Assembly: GCF_004010195.1 (NCBI RefSeq) | Contig: NC_057753.1 | Coordinates: 10,315,823-10,349,887 of the forward strand | Length of the DNA: 34,065 nucleotides | From: Chiloscyllium plagiosum | Lineage: Eukaryota | Direction: 5' to 3' | Shown here: positions 19,700 through 30,000 of the stretch, one piece after another | Numbering within the stretch: the stretch's first letter is position 1 | How the letters are laid out: each line of letters begins with the position of its first letter | The notes under the pieces: generated by a model | The model's database searches: none | Told to the model about the DNA's origin: nothing | What the model saw: the letters and a program-made list of their open reading frames with translations, nothing else | Translations under genes and position numbers: made by a program

Positions 19700-20740
19700 C
19701 ATCCTTCTACACCAGTCAGTGCCAGTTGTCAGACAGGTGCAACAAACAGTGAGCAAGGCAAGTGGTATATTAGCAAGAGGAATTGAGTTGAGAAGTGGGG
19801 ATGTCTTCCTGAAATTAGGGGGTCATTGAATATATTGAAGGCTGAGTTAATCTGATTTTTGAACAACAAAGAAGTGGATGGTTATGGGGGAAGGCATGAA
19901 AATGGTTTTAAGACCAATACAGATCAGTTACAAAAACAGACCCTTCAGTCCAACTAGTCCATGCTGATTATGTTCTCAAAATAAACTAGCCCCACCCTGT
20001 TTAGCCCATATCCCTCTGAACCTTTCTTGTTGGAGTCAGATGTACAGCACAGAAACAGACCCTTTGGTCCAACTTGTCCATGCCGACCAGCACAGACCTT
20101 GGAGTGCAGGTTCATAGTTCCTTGAAAGTAGAATCTCAGGTAGGCAGGATATTGAAGGAGGTGTTTGGTATGCTTTCCTTTATTAGTCAGAGCATTGAGT
20201 ACAGGAGTTGGGAGGTCATGTTGTGGCTGTACAGGACATTGGTTCAGCCACTTTTGGAATGCTGTGTTCTGTTCTGGTCTCTCTAGTGGTGGAAGGATGT
20301 TATGAAGCTTTGAAAGGGGTCGGAAAATATTTAGAAGTTGTTGCCAGGTTTGGAGGGTTTGAGCTGCAGGAAGGGGCTGAATAGGCCAGGGATATTTTCC
20401 CTGGAGCATCGGAGGCTGAGGGCTAACCTTATAAATGTTTGTAAGGGGCATTGATAGGGTGAATATCCTAGGTCTTTCCCCAGGTCGGGGAGTCCAGAAC
20501 TAAAGGGGCAGGAGGTTTATGGTGAGTGGGGTAAGGGGACCTGAGGGGCAACACTTTCACGCAGAGGGTGCTGCATGCATGGAATGAGCTGCCGGGAGAA
20601 ATGGTGGAGACTGGTACAACTACAACATTTAAAAAAGCAACTGGATGGGGATATGAATAGGAAGGTTACTGGATGGACACTGGATTCATTTAAGTTATGG
20701 ACTAAAGGGTTTGTTTCAGCTCTACAACTCTGACTATTTC
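19700..20740. mobile_element. Cluster of CR1 LINE fragments (two - strand tails at ~19930-20090; + strand RT end and tail at ~20090-20740)
   Basis: DLGVQVHSSLKVESQV...IEYRSWEVMLWLYRTLVQPLLECCVLFWS (ORF 20074-20286) and CR1 3' tail. Confidence 0.85.
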
Positions 20741-21052
20741 TACATAGTCGAAACCAATTTTGCAAAACGAGGAATAAGCCATTCCCCCCTTATAGCCTGT
20801 CCTGAACTGCGGTTGAACTGCACATATTTCAGTGCAAGTTTCAGGAAGATTTCAGCAGCTCTTTTAAAAAATTGAACACAGTCAGACTTTAATGATGTTT
20901 CTGAATATATCATTTTAGCTATTCTCAATTTTAAAGGTAAGAATTTCTCATGAACACAGCCCACACCTCCCAGTGCTGCCAGTAAACTTTACAATGTTGA
21001 CAAAACGATGCACTACCTGCACTCCTGAAGGATTACATTTTCTAGCGATACT

Positions 21053-21320
21053 AGCTGAAAATGTGTTGCTGGAAAGCACAGCAGGTCAGGCAGCATCCAA
21101 GGAACAGGAGAATCGACGTTTCAGGCATAAGCCCTTCTTCAGGAATGAGGAAAGTGTGTCCAGCAGGCTAAGATAAAAGGTAGGGAGGAGGGACTTGGGG
21201 GAGGGACGTTGGAATTGCGATAGGTGGAGGGAGGTAAAGGTGAGGGTGGTAGGCCGGAGTGGGGTGGGGGCGGAGAGATCAGGAAGAAGATTGCAGGTTA
21301 GGAAGGCGGTGCTGAGTTCG
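21053..21320 (-). mobile_element. Penelope-derived insertion with hammerhead core and ~11-bp TSD
   Basis: TSD CGATACTAGCT 21046-21056 and CGATACTGGCT 21319-21329. Minus strand CTGAAGA-A-GGGC-TTAT-GCCT-GAAACGTC at 21115-21142. Confidence 0.82.
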
Positions 21321-21679
21321 ATACTGGCTACTCATTCACTGCTCAATCTGATACACGACATTGGGAATTTAGTGCAGGAGGTTGAAAAAAAATGAGCCGC
21401 TTTAAAAATAAAACCTTTTGGAGCTAAATGCTTTCAATGAGAGTCTGAGCCTGGTGGTAAGTTCAGGTAATCTTTATTGTGACCCAACTTTGTTACAGCT
21501 TCAGATCCCCCAGCAAAAAGGTATAGGAAAAGTAGCTGCTTTTTAAACAGTTCAAGGTCGAAGCGCACACACTCCCCCTTCCCCCACCCCATCTCATTTT
21601 CTTTACTATTGGCCAGCACCAAGTTGACTCTTTGTAATAGTATCCTTGGTACTGCCATAACCCGTGGGGCCAGGAACAG

Positions 21680-21960
21680 GGGCAGTGTGGAGTCAAACAG
21701 ACTGCTGTGGATCTGGAGTCACATGTAGGCCAGACCAGATAAAGGATGCAGCTGGGGTGACCGAGTGAATCCTTTCCCAAAACAGCAGTCTCCTCTCTAA
21801 AAAGGGCGTGAGTGAATCAGATGTGGGTTTTCTCCAGCCCACCGAAAATGGTTTCATCGTTAGATTCTGACCGAATTCCAATTCCGCTATCTGCTGCGAT
21901 GGGATTCAAACCCAGCAGATCCCAGAACTGGGTTGATAGCCTGGTTGATAATGGCACTTG
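21680..21960 (-). mobile_element. tRNA-headed SINE (second family) overlapping the 3' end of the - strand ZNF ORF
   Basis: GGATCTGGAGTCACATGTAGGCCAGACCAGAT core as at 17240-17530; B-box GGGATTCAAACC 21901-21912. Confidence 0.7.
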
Positions 21961-22466
21961 GACGTCGCTCCTTCAATCCCCCGCGATGACACGTGAACTC
22001 GCTGGTGCCTCTGCAGGAGGGAGGAGCGGGTGAAGCCTTTCCCACACTCAGGGCAGCTGAAGGGCCTTTCCCCCGTGTGGATCCGTTGGTGCCTCAGCAG
22101 GTAGGAGGAATCGCTGAAGGCCTTCCCGCACTCAGGACAGCTGAAGGGTCGCTCCCCTGTGTGGACCCGCTCATGCTTCAGCTTGTCGGAGGAATTGCTG
22201 AAGGGCCTCTCCCCAGTGTGGATCCGCCGGTGGGTCAGCAGATCGGAGGAACGGCTGAAGGCCTTCCCGCAATCGGGGCAGCTGAAGGGCCTCTCCCCCG
22301 TGTGGACCCGCTGGTGCCTCCGCAGGGCAGAGGTCTGGACAAAGCCCTTCCTGCACTTGGGACAGGAGAATGGCCTCTCCCCGGTGTGACTGCGCCGATG
22401 AATCTCCAGCTCAGACGGAGTACGGAAGCCTTTCCCACAGTTACCACACTTCCACGGTTTCTTCAT
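21906..22466 (-). CDS. C2H2 zinc-finger protein, 186 aa, 5 intact fingers plus one internally deleted finger (gene or young pseudogene)
   Basis: Open frame from ATG 22466 ([12 protein letters not shown]...). Finger 4 lacks CPxCGKAFS. Upstream 22470-23170 is collinear with 12730-13430. Acceptor TCTCTTCTTAG intact at 22828. Confidence 0.8.
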   Translation of the reverse strand: MKKPWKCGNCGKGFRTPSELEIHRRSHTGERPFSCPKCRKGFVQTSALRRHQRVHTGERPFSCPDCGKAFSRSSDLLTHRRIHTGERPFSNSSDKLKHERVHTGERPFSCPECGKAFSDSSYLLRHQRIHTGERPFSCPECGKGFTRSSLLQRHQRVHVSSRGIEGATSKCHYQPGYQPSSGICWV

Positions 22467-23220
22467 GTCCGAAGCTTTAGCCACAAACACATGTACAGCC
22501 CCTCCCTGCTGTGAATTTCTCTTTCCAGGCCATATAACTGTTTCAGGCTCCACACTCAGTGTGCTGCAACAGTAGGGTCTCTCATCTAGGCCCACTCTTA
22601 TTGAAGACGTACTCAAACAGGAACCAAAAAGCTTTGCTCCTTCTCACAGAATTGTAGTCAAAAATCGTTGCACTCCCGATCGATTGAATGACTGTCAGAT
22701 AGTGACGTGAAATTGAGGACCGCAGACGTGGGAGAGTCAGTGTCGAAAAGTGCGGTGCTGGAAAAGCACAGCAGGTCAGACAGTATCCGAGGAGCAGGAG
22801 AGTCAATGTTTCAGATCTTCAAATATTCTAAGAAGAGATTACAGAAGTCATCACTGTCAGTGCAGGGTAGAAATTCAGAACAAGCAATTCTACTTTCTAC
22901 AGAACATTCTTTTCTTTTGTTAGTCTACAAAACTGAAAGCACCATCCCACTCTCTTCCCCCCTTCTGTTCTCACTCCATTCCAACTAATTCTCCTGAAGG
23001 TGCTGATTCAGCAGGGGCAGAAAATCAAAAACGTCAAGACTGACATCTCTCTGCATATTGGTTAACTCCACCTGAAAGTTAATCTCTTTCACAACATTGG
23101 GATACTGCTGAGAGTGAGCAGGTCTGATTTTGGGAAGCAAAACAAAATGCGTCAAGTCAGGATGAATCGGGAACACAGCTTGAGGAATAACCAGACACAT
23201 CAAGGCATTAACACAGACAG

Positions 23221-23297
23221 AGCTGAAAATGTGTTGCTGGAAAAATGCAGCAGGTCAGGCAGCATCCAAGGAACAGGAGAATCGATGTTCTTCAGGA
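23221..23297 (-). mobile_element. Short Penelope-derived insertion with 13-bp TSD (hammerhead helix II deleted)
   Basis: TSD ATTAACACAGACA 23207-23219 and ATTAACGCAGACA 23298-23310. Confidence 0.8.
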
Positions 23298-23542
23298 ATT
23301 AACGCAGACACTAGAGAGAAACTGAAGATAGAGACATGGCAAACGTTAGTGGAAAGCCAGAGTCATTGAGATATACTACACAGAAACAGACCCTTTGGTC
23401 CAATTCATCCATGCTGACCAGATATTGTAAATCAATTTAGTCCCATTTGCCAGCACTTAGTCCATATCCCTAGGCCAATCCACCCTAACTTGCTAAATTA
23501 TGCATAGTGCCCAGGGATGAGCATGGTCAATCCACCTTAACC

Positions 23543-23945
23543 TGGACAAAGTTAAAAGTCACACAAACCTGGGTTATAGTCCAACAGGTTATTTGGAAGG
23601 ACCATTGTTCGGAGCACTGCTCCTTCATCACGTGGTTGTGGAGAATAAGATCATAAAGCACAGAATTCAGTGTCCTGCCACTGAAATGATAGATTGAACA
23701 AACCTGGATTGTTAAGTCTCTCATCTTTTAGAATGGATTGCAGGCATCAGAACTAAATCCCAGAACTTCCTGTAAGGCACCCTCTCAAGATAACATAAGG
23801 CTTTATAACAAAAAGGTGACATCTCAGCTCAGACAATGCATTAAAGGTATGAGGTCAGAGTTTGTTTGTATCCCAATCTAGAGTCAGACTGGTTCTATTT
23901 CCAAAGCAGGAATTTATAAAATATTACCTGGATTGACTGCCTGCA
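23543..23945 (-). mobile_element. Penelope-derived terminal repeat (GGAGC-stem family)
   Basis: AAAGTTAAAAGTCACAC..GGTTATAGTCCAACAGG..CGGAGCACTGCTCCTTCATCA. Inverted paralog at 25455-25870. Confidence 0.75.
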
Positions 23946-24186
23946 TGAACTGCCGAGTCTCATTCACCAGCTGAAATGACTGGATAGGGAAGGCTTGATC
24001 CCCACAGAGTAATCAATTCCCACTTTCCACCAAAATCCCAAATGTCCACACTCACTCAGTTGCTGTCTTACAAATCAAAGATTTCATTGTAACTTCTTCT
24101 GCTCCCAGGAAGGGCAAAACATCTATGAAAGCTGCTCTGAAAGTCCCGTCTTCACAACCACACTTCTGCTTTCACCGAAGACGATT

Positions 24187-24980
24187 AGAGTCATACAGCA
24201 CGGATACAGACTCTTTGGTCAAACTCGTCTGTGCCAAACAGATATCCGAAATTAATCTAGTCCCATTAGCCAGCATGTGACTCTTCTGGTTCTAAACCAT
24301 TCCCACTCGTGTAGCCAGCCAGATGCATTTTAAATATAATTGTACCAACCTCACCACTTCCTCTGGCAGCTCATTTCATACACGCACAACCCTCTGCGTG
24401 AAAACGTTGCCCCTCAGGTTCCTTTTAAATCATTCCTCTCTCACTTCAAACATATGCCCCCTAGTTCTGGACTCCCCTACCTTGGGGAAAAGACCTTGGA
24501 TATTCACCCTATCAATGCCCATTATAAACCTCTAAGGCTGCCCCTCAGCCTCTGATGCTCCAGGGAAAATATCCCTGACCTACTCAGCCTTTCCCTGTAG
24601 TTCAAACCCTTCAAGTCTAGCAACATCCTCGCAAATCCTTTCCGACCCCTCTCAAAGTTTCACAAGTTCTTTCCTGAAACAGGGAGACCAGAACTGGACG
24701 CACTATTCCAAAAGAGGCCTAACCAACGTACAGCCACAACATGACCTCCCAACACCTATACTCAATGCTCTGACCAATAAAGGAAAGCATACCAAACACC
24801 TTCTTCAATGTCTACACTTTCAAGGAACTATGAACCTGCACTCCAAGGGCTCTTTGTTCTGCAACACTCCCCTTAACCATGTCAGTCCTGCCCTTATTGC
24901 TTGACCAAAATGCAAACCACACATTTCTGTAAATTAAACTCCATCTACCACTCCTCGGCCCATTGGCCCATCCGATCAAT
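24187..24980 (-). mobile_element. CR1 LINE 3' portion
   Basis: Tail AGAGTCATACAGCAC and RT end (LGVQVHSSLKV, ORF 24812-25045). Paralogous to 30842-31618. Confidence 0.88.
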
Positions 24981-25094
24981 TCTAATTTATAGTGAATTAT
25001 CCTTCCTCTCATTCCCTTGAAACTGAAAATCTCTATTCCACACACTTAATCCCTGCTGCTGGTCTGGTTCATGCTGATAAACAGGCCCACACTC

Positions 25095-25450
25095 AGGGGA
25101 GATCTAATTGAAACATACAGAATACTGGACAGAGTGGATGTTGGAAAGGTGTTTCCGTTGTAGGAGAGACTAGGACCCGGAGGCACAGTCTTTCGAGTAA
25201 GGGGAAGACCCTTTAAAATGGAGATAAGGAGAATTATTTTCAGCCAGAGTGACGAATCTATGGAATTAACTGCCACAGAAGGCTGTGGAGGTCAGGTCAC
25301 TGAGGATATTTAAGACTGAGATAAATTCGAGTACAAGGGGATCGAGGATTAGGAGGAGAATGTGGTTGAGAAACCTATTAGACACGATTGAATGGTATGA
25401 GCAGACCAGATAGGCTGAATGGCCTAATATTTGCACCTATATCTGATGGT
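25095..25450 (+). mobile_element. CR1 LINE 3' fragment
   Basis: RGDLIETYRIL...TRRHSLSSKG..FKMEIRRIIFSQRVTNLWN*LP, a CR1 ORF2 C-terminus. Confidence 0.8.
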
Positions 25451-25454
25451 CTCT

Positions 25455-25870
25455 TGCTGTCCTGCACACAAGACTGCATGAATCCATGTAAGATTTTGTT
25501 AATCCGTTTTTTAGATTAGAATCAGTCTGACCATTGTGGCACAGACAGCCTCACACAGGGAAACTCACACCTTCAATACGTTATCTGGGCTGATGTGACA
25601 GCAATTGGGAATGTAACTTTTAAAAAAGGTTTTGCTATTTACATAAGAAAGAACTGAAACATTCTAAAAGATGAGAGACTTAACAAACAATCCAGGTCAT
25701 TTTCAATATGTAATTTTAGTTGCATTACACTGTAAACTTTTGCTATAAATTGTGTCTTACAATCTTATTCTCCACAACCACCTGTGGAAGGAGCAGCGCT
25801 CTGAAAGCTCGTGCTTCCAAATAAACATATTGGACTATGACCTGGTGTGGTGTGATTTTTAACTTTGGAC
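25455..25870 (+). mobile_element. Penelope-derived terminal repeat (GGAGC-stem family), degenerate hammerhead
   Basis: CAC-CTGTGGA-A-GGAGC-AGC-GCTCT-GAAAGCTC-GTG near 25780-25813. Confidence 0.75.
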
Positions 25871-25959
25871 ACAGCTTGAGAATTGGGAGCAGGAGTTGGC
25901 CAATTGGTCTTTCGAGCCTGCAGACCTTAACTGGATATGAATCTACCAACATCTAGGTG

Positions 25960-26495
25960 GATAGGCTGTGCTTCACTGGAGCACAGGAGGTTGAGAGGTG
26001 ACCTTATAGAGGTTTATAAATTCATGACAGGTATACATGAGGCCGGTGTCATTTCCCTGGGTGGGTGTTTCAAGATTAGGCAGCAACTTTTGAAAGGTGA
26101 GAGGAGAAAAGTTTTAAAAAGACAGGAGGGGCACCTTTTTATTTTATACAGTGGTTCATGTGTGGAATGAATATCCAGAGATTAGATTAGATTAGATTAC
26201 TTACAGTGTGGAAACAGGCCCTTCGGCCCAACAAGTCCACACCGACTCGCCGAAGCGCAACCCACCCATACTGAGGCAGCAGTGCTAACCAATGTGCCAC
26301 CGTGCCGCCCACGTGGAGGAAGTGGTGGATGCAGGTACAGCTATTTTTAATAGATATTTGGATAAGTACAGGAATAGGAAAGGTTCACAGGGATATGGGC
26401 CAAACACTGGCAGGTGGGACTAGTTTAGTTTGTGAATATAGTCAACATGGACTAGTTGGACTGAAGGATCTGTTTCTGTGCTGTCTGACTCTGTA
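25960..26495 (+). mobile_element. CR1 LINE 3' end with nested internally deleted HE1-like SINE (-, 26179-26310)
   Basis: SLEHRRLRGDLIEVYKFM. The SINE tail (GATTA)4 and head lie between ...GAATATCCAGAG and GAGGAAGTGGTGGATGCAGG. Confidence 0.82.
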
Positions 26496-26799
26496 ACTGT
26501 TCTGTACTGGTCTTAAAATTATTTTCTTGCTTTCCCCCATAAACATCTACTTCATTCTTGCTCAAAAATCAGATGAATTCAACCTTTAATATATTTAATG
26601 ACCCGAAACATCGACTGTCATACACCTCGGATACTGTCTGGCCTGCTGTGCTTTTCCAGCACCACACTTTTCGACTCTAATCTCCAGCATGGATAGTTCT
26701 CACTTTCTCCACATCCCAACATATCACAATTTAAATAACTGTTTTTTTTCACAGCAAAGGCCAGAACTTCACAATGTGGTACTCTATTTCCCACGTGTT

Positions 26800-27422
26800 T
26801 TCCAATTGTGGTCTTCTCTACATTGGGAAGACCGAGCATAAACTTGGGGAACGGTTCGCCGAGCGTCGCAGGCGGGTCCACTGAGACTGATGGGACCTCA
26901 CAGCCACCACTCATTTTCATTCCCCTTCCCAGTCCCTTTCTGATATGACCCTCTTTGGTCTCCTCCATTGCCACAACGGACAAAACTGCAAATTGAAGGA
27001 ACGACACCTCATCTTTGGCCTGGGCGGCCTACCGCTCAGAGAACTCAACATTGAGTTCTCCAATTTCAAGTAACCTCACTTCCCATCCCCCAACTTCCTT
27101 CTCAGTCCCTCCCCCTCATTTCCACTCCTCCCTGCCACCAACCAGATCCATTCCTCCCATTGNNNNNNNNNNNNNNNNNNNNNNNNNNNNNNNNNNNNNN
27201 NNNNNNNNNNNNNNNNNNNNNNNNNNNNNNNNNNNNNNNNNNNNNNNNNNNNNNNNNNNNNNNNNNNNNNNNNNNNNNNNNNNNNNNNNNNNNNNNNNNN
27301 NNNNNNNNNNNNNNNNNNNNNNNNNNNNNNNNCCTGAAGAAGGGTTATACCCGAAATGTCAACTTCTCCACCTCCTGATGCTGCCTTGTTTGCTGTGTTC
27401 TTCCAGCTTCTTGCTGTCTATT
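26800..27422 (+). mobile_element. Penelope-like element: GIY-YIG endonuclease end, gap, terminal repeat with hammerhead core
   Basis: CGLLYIGKTEHKLGERFAE...HFHSPS...KLKERHLIFGLG...LNIEFSNFK*. CTGAAGA-A-GGGT-TAT-ACCC-GAAATGTC at 27334-27360. Confidence 0.88.
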
Positions 27423-27424
27423 TT

Positions 27425-28140
27425 GCCAATTGCGACACAGACCTGGAGCAACGTTTCCAGAGGCTGTCCCCACCCCGATTCACTCCCCTTCCTTTCAGTT
27501 GCAGCAAGTCAACACCTGGATCCCTGAATGAAAAAATAAATGGAAAACGTGAGGAGAAAAGAGAGTGTTGTACTCACAGATGTTGGACAGAGGAAGGAGA
27601 TTGCAGGCTGGAGTGAAGCTCAATCTTCATTTACAAAGAGAGGAGCAGCAGAAGCTCACGGTCCAACTTCCGCATTCAGATAATGGGGCTTACTCTGATT
27701 GGTAGGAGGGCTAATCTCCTTCCGGTCCTTCAGTGCTCCCTATTGGACAATCAAAAGAAGGTCGCACGTCTTTTTTGCGATTCGGAGATGCCGGTGTTGG
27801 ACTGGGGTGTACAAAGTTAAAAATCACACAACACCAGGTTATAGTCCAACAGGCTTCCGGTCCTTCAGTGCTCCCTATTGGACAATCAAAAGAAGGTCGC
27901 GCGCCTTTTTTTTGCGATTTGGAGATGCCGGTGTTGGACTGGGGTGTACAAAGTTAAAAATCACACAACACCAGGTTAGAGTCCAACAGGTTCAATTGGA
28001 AGCACACTAGCTTTCGGAGCGACGCTCCTTCATCAGTGGTTTGCTGACACCGGCGGGCGTGTGCACTGCTTTGCTGACACCGGCAAATATGCGCAGTATG
28101 TTCTTTGGGGATGCTGCTGTTATTGACAGATTTTAAGTGT
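27425..28140 (-). promoter_or_regulatory. ZNF-associated promoter/first-exon cassette, copy B (probable exon 1 of the - strand ZNF), carrying a Penelope insert and a tandem duplication
   Basis: Reverse-complement homology to 19150-19622; intact donor (ACTCAC 27572-27577 on +); CCAAT and CGGAAG motifs on -. Confidence 0.7.
27719..27990. repeat. Tandem duplication, 135 bp + 137 bp
   Basis: 27719-27853 and 27854-27990 are near-identical (CTTCCGGTCC...TCCAACAGG). Confidence 0.95.
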
Positions 28141-28319
28141 CCAAACGCCAAAAGGAAAAAAAGGGCAGAGCCACAATCTCTCTCTCTCTCCCCCATCCCC
28201 GTGGTTCGACATTTTATTGCTTTTGCAATTTGTTTCGTTGCTCAACTTTTGTATATCTTTTCCCCTTGTTGAGAGAGTGTCCCAGTGAGTTGATTGTTGG
28301 AGAAGAAGCATTACACTGT

Positions 28320-28499
28320 ACACAGCAGGGGGTGACTGTACACGTTTCCTGAGTGTGATCACAGTTTCGATTGTTCATCGGAAACAGAGAGACAAAAGGA
28401 CACCAGAACTGTGGAAATGTGGGGACTGTGGGAAGAGATTTCAGTCCTTGTCGGCACTGGAGATTCATCAGCTCAGTCGTAGTGGGAAGAGGCTGTTCT
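28320..28499 (+). pseudogene. C2H2 ZNF relic (first finger only)
   Basis: ELWKCGDCGKRFQSLSALEIHQLSRSGKRLF is the family's diagnostic first finger with the last His lost. Confidence 0.8.
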
Positions 28500-28539
28500 T
28501 CAAAAAATTAATACAACATTATTTCCCATTGACAAAAAC

Positions 28540-29000
28540 ACATTCACACTGCCTGATTACCTTGAACTTATACAAGTGCCTTGTCATAACATCTTTAATA
28601 ATAGCTTTGAACATTTCCTATATGACATATGTTAAGATAAATGGTCTGCAGCTTCCTGTTCTCGGTCTCCCTTTTTGAAGAAAGCAGTTTTCCAATCTAA
28701 AAAAAACTTTCCTGAAACTAGTGAGGTTTGGAAAATTAAAACCAATACATTAACAATTTCATTAGCTAGTTTTTCTTTAAAGGTCCAGGATGAAATCCTT
28801 CGGGTACCTGGGACTTGTCAATTCGTAGTTCCAACAGTTTACTCAGTACTACTTCCCTGGTAATTGTAATTTTCTTCAGGTCCTCCCTCCCTTTCAATTC
28901 CTGATTTACAGCTAGTTCTCGGGTGTTACTTGTATCCTCTCTAGTGAAGACAGATTCAAGCTCTTTTCAATTCATCTGCCATCTCTTTATCCTCCGTTGC
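28540..29000 (-). mobile_element. Old CR1 RT fragment
   Basis: Minus strand reads DKSQVPEGFHPGPLK..LANEIVNVLVLIFQTSL, resembling the CR1 motif DKSPGPDGxHPRxLKE. Confidence 0.7.
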
Positions 29001-30000
29001 TGAATCTCTAGACTCATTTTTTACATTTTTATATTTTGGCTAACTTTTTAACCTTAATTGCTGTGCTCCTGCGTGGATTATTTCTGTTGTATTGCCCGAG
29101 CTCTCAACTCTAGCATCAACCTGTCTGTTTATTCTATTGAACTGACCTTGGTTAAATGTTACAAAACACACAAGGGCAAATCTTTCCTCTCCAGAAAATC
29201 TCCGTCCTTAAAATGATAAAATACACTCTGAAATATTGTTCATTCAAACTTTACCAAGCACACCCTACAGATTTGAAATCTCACAATGGCACCCAGTTTT
29301 GTTATGATCTTTAATTTTAAAGAGAATTTTGAATATCCAGTGATTAACTGGAAGAACTGTTCATTAAGTTTTTTACATTTTTAAACAAAAAAACTCAATT
29401 AACTGGAGTAACTTAGCAGAATAACATGTCTGGCCTTAAATTGTAAATCTAGTTTTCTTTACTTCCTTGCAAGAGTTCTCACAAATCTTTACATGAATCT
29501 TGATAGTTCATTCACTTTATGAGAATCGTCCAAGGCATGCAACATCTCTCTGGGATTCACTTGACTCCTTCTCAGGATTTCAAGTATTCAAGGCAATTTT
29601 ATGATGGTGCCTCCATTAGTTTTTGGCTAAATGAGCTTCCAGGTTTCATTTGAAACTTCAAAGGTTTAGACTGATCAGTTTGAAGGTCGGTTGAAAACAC
29701 CCCTGGTTCCTCATGGCCCTCTGTACTTTTAGTCTTACAGCATCTAGTGCCTGAGTAACTAAAATGCTGCTGAACATAAACTCCAGCAATGGAATTGTTC
29801 GAGTGTTCTCACCACCTGAAATAATAATGGGGGCAATCTCAGTCAAGAAAGCACAACAATGCCTCTTTCCCTCTGGAAGTTTTTGAAATTCCGCATGTCC
29901 ATAAGGACCCTCTCCAATATTTACAGATGCATTACAGAAAGTAACGGCCTGGTATGGCTACTGCTGTGCCCAGAACCATAAGAAACCAGAGTCATAGAGA

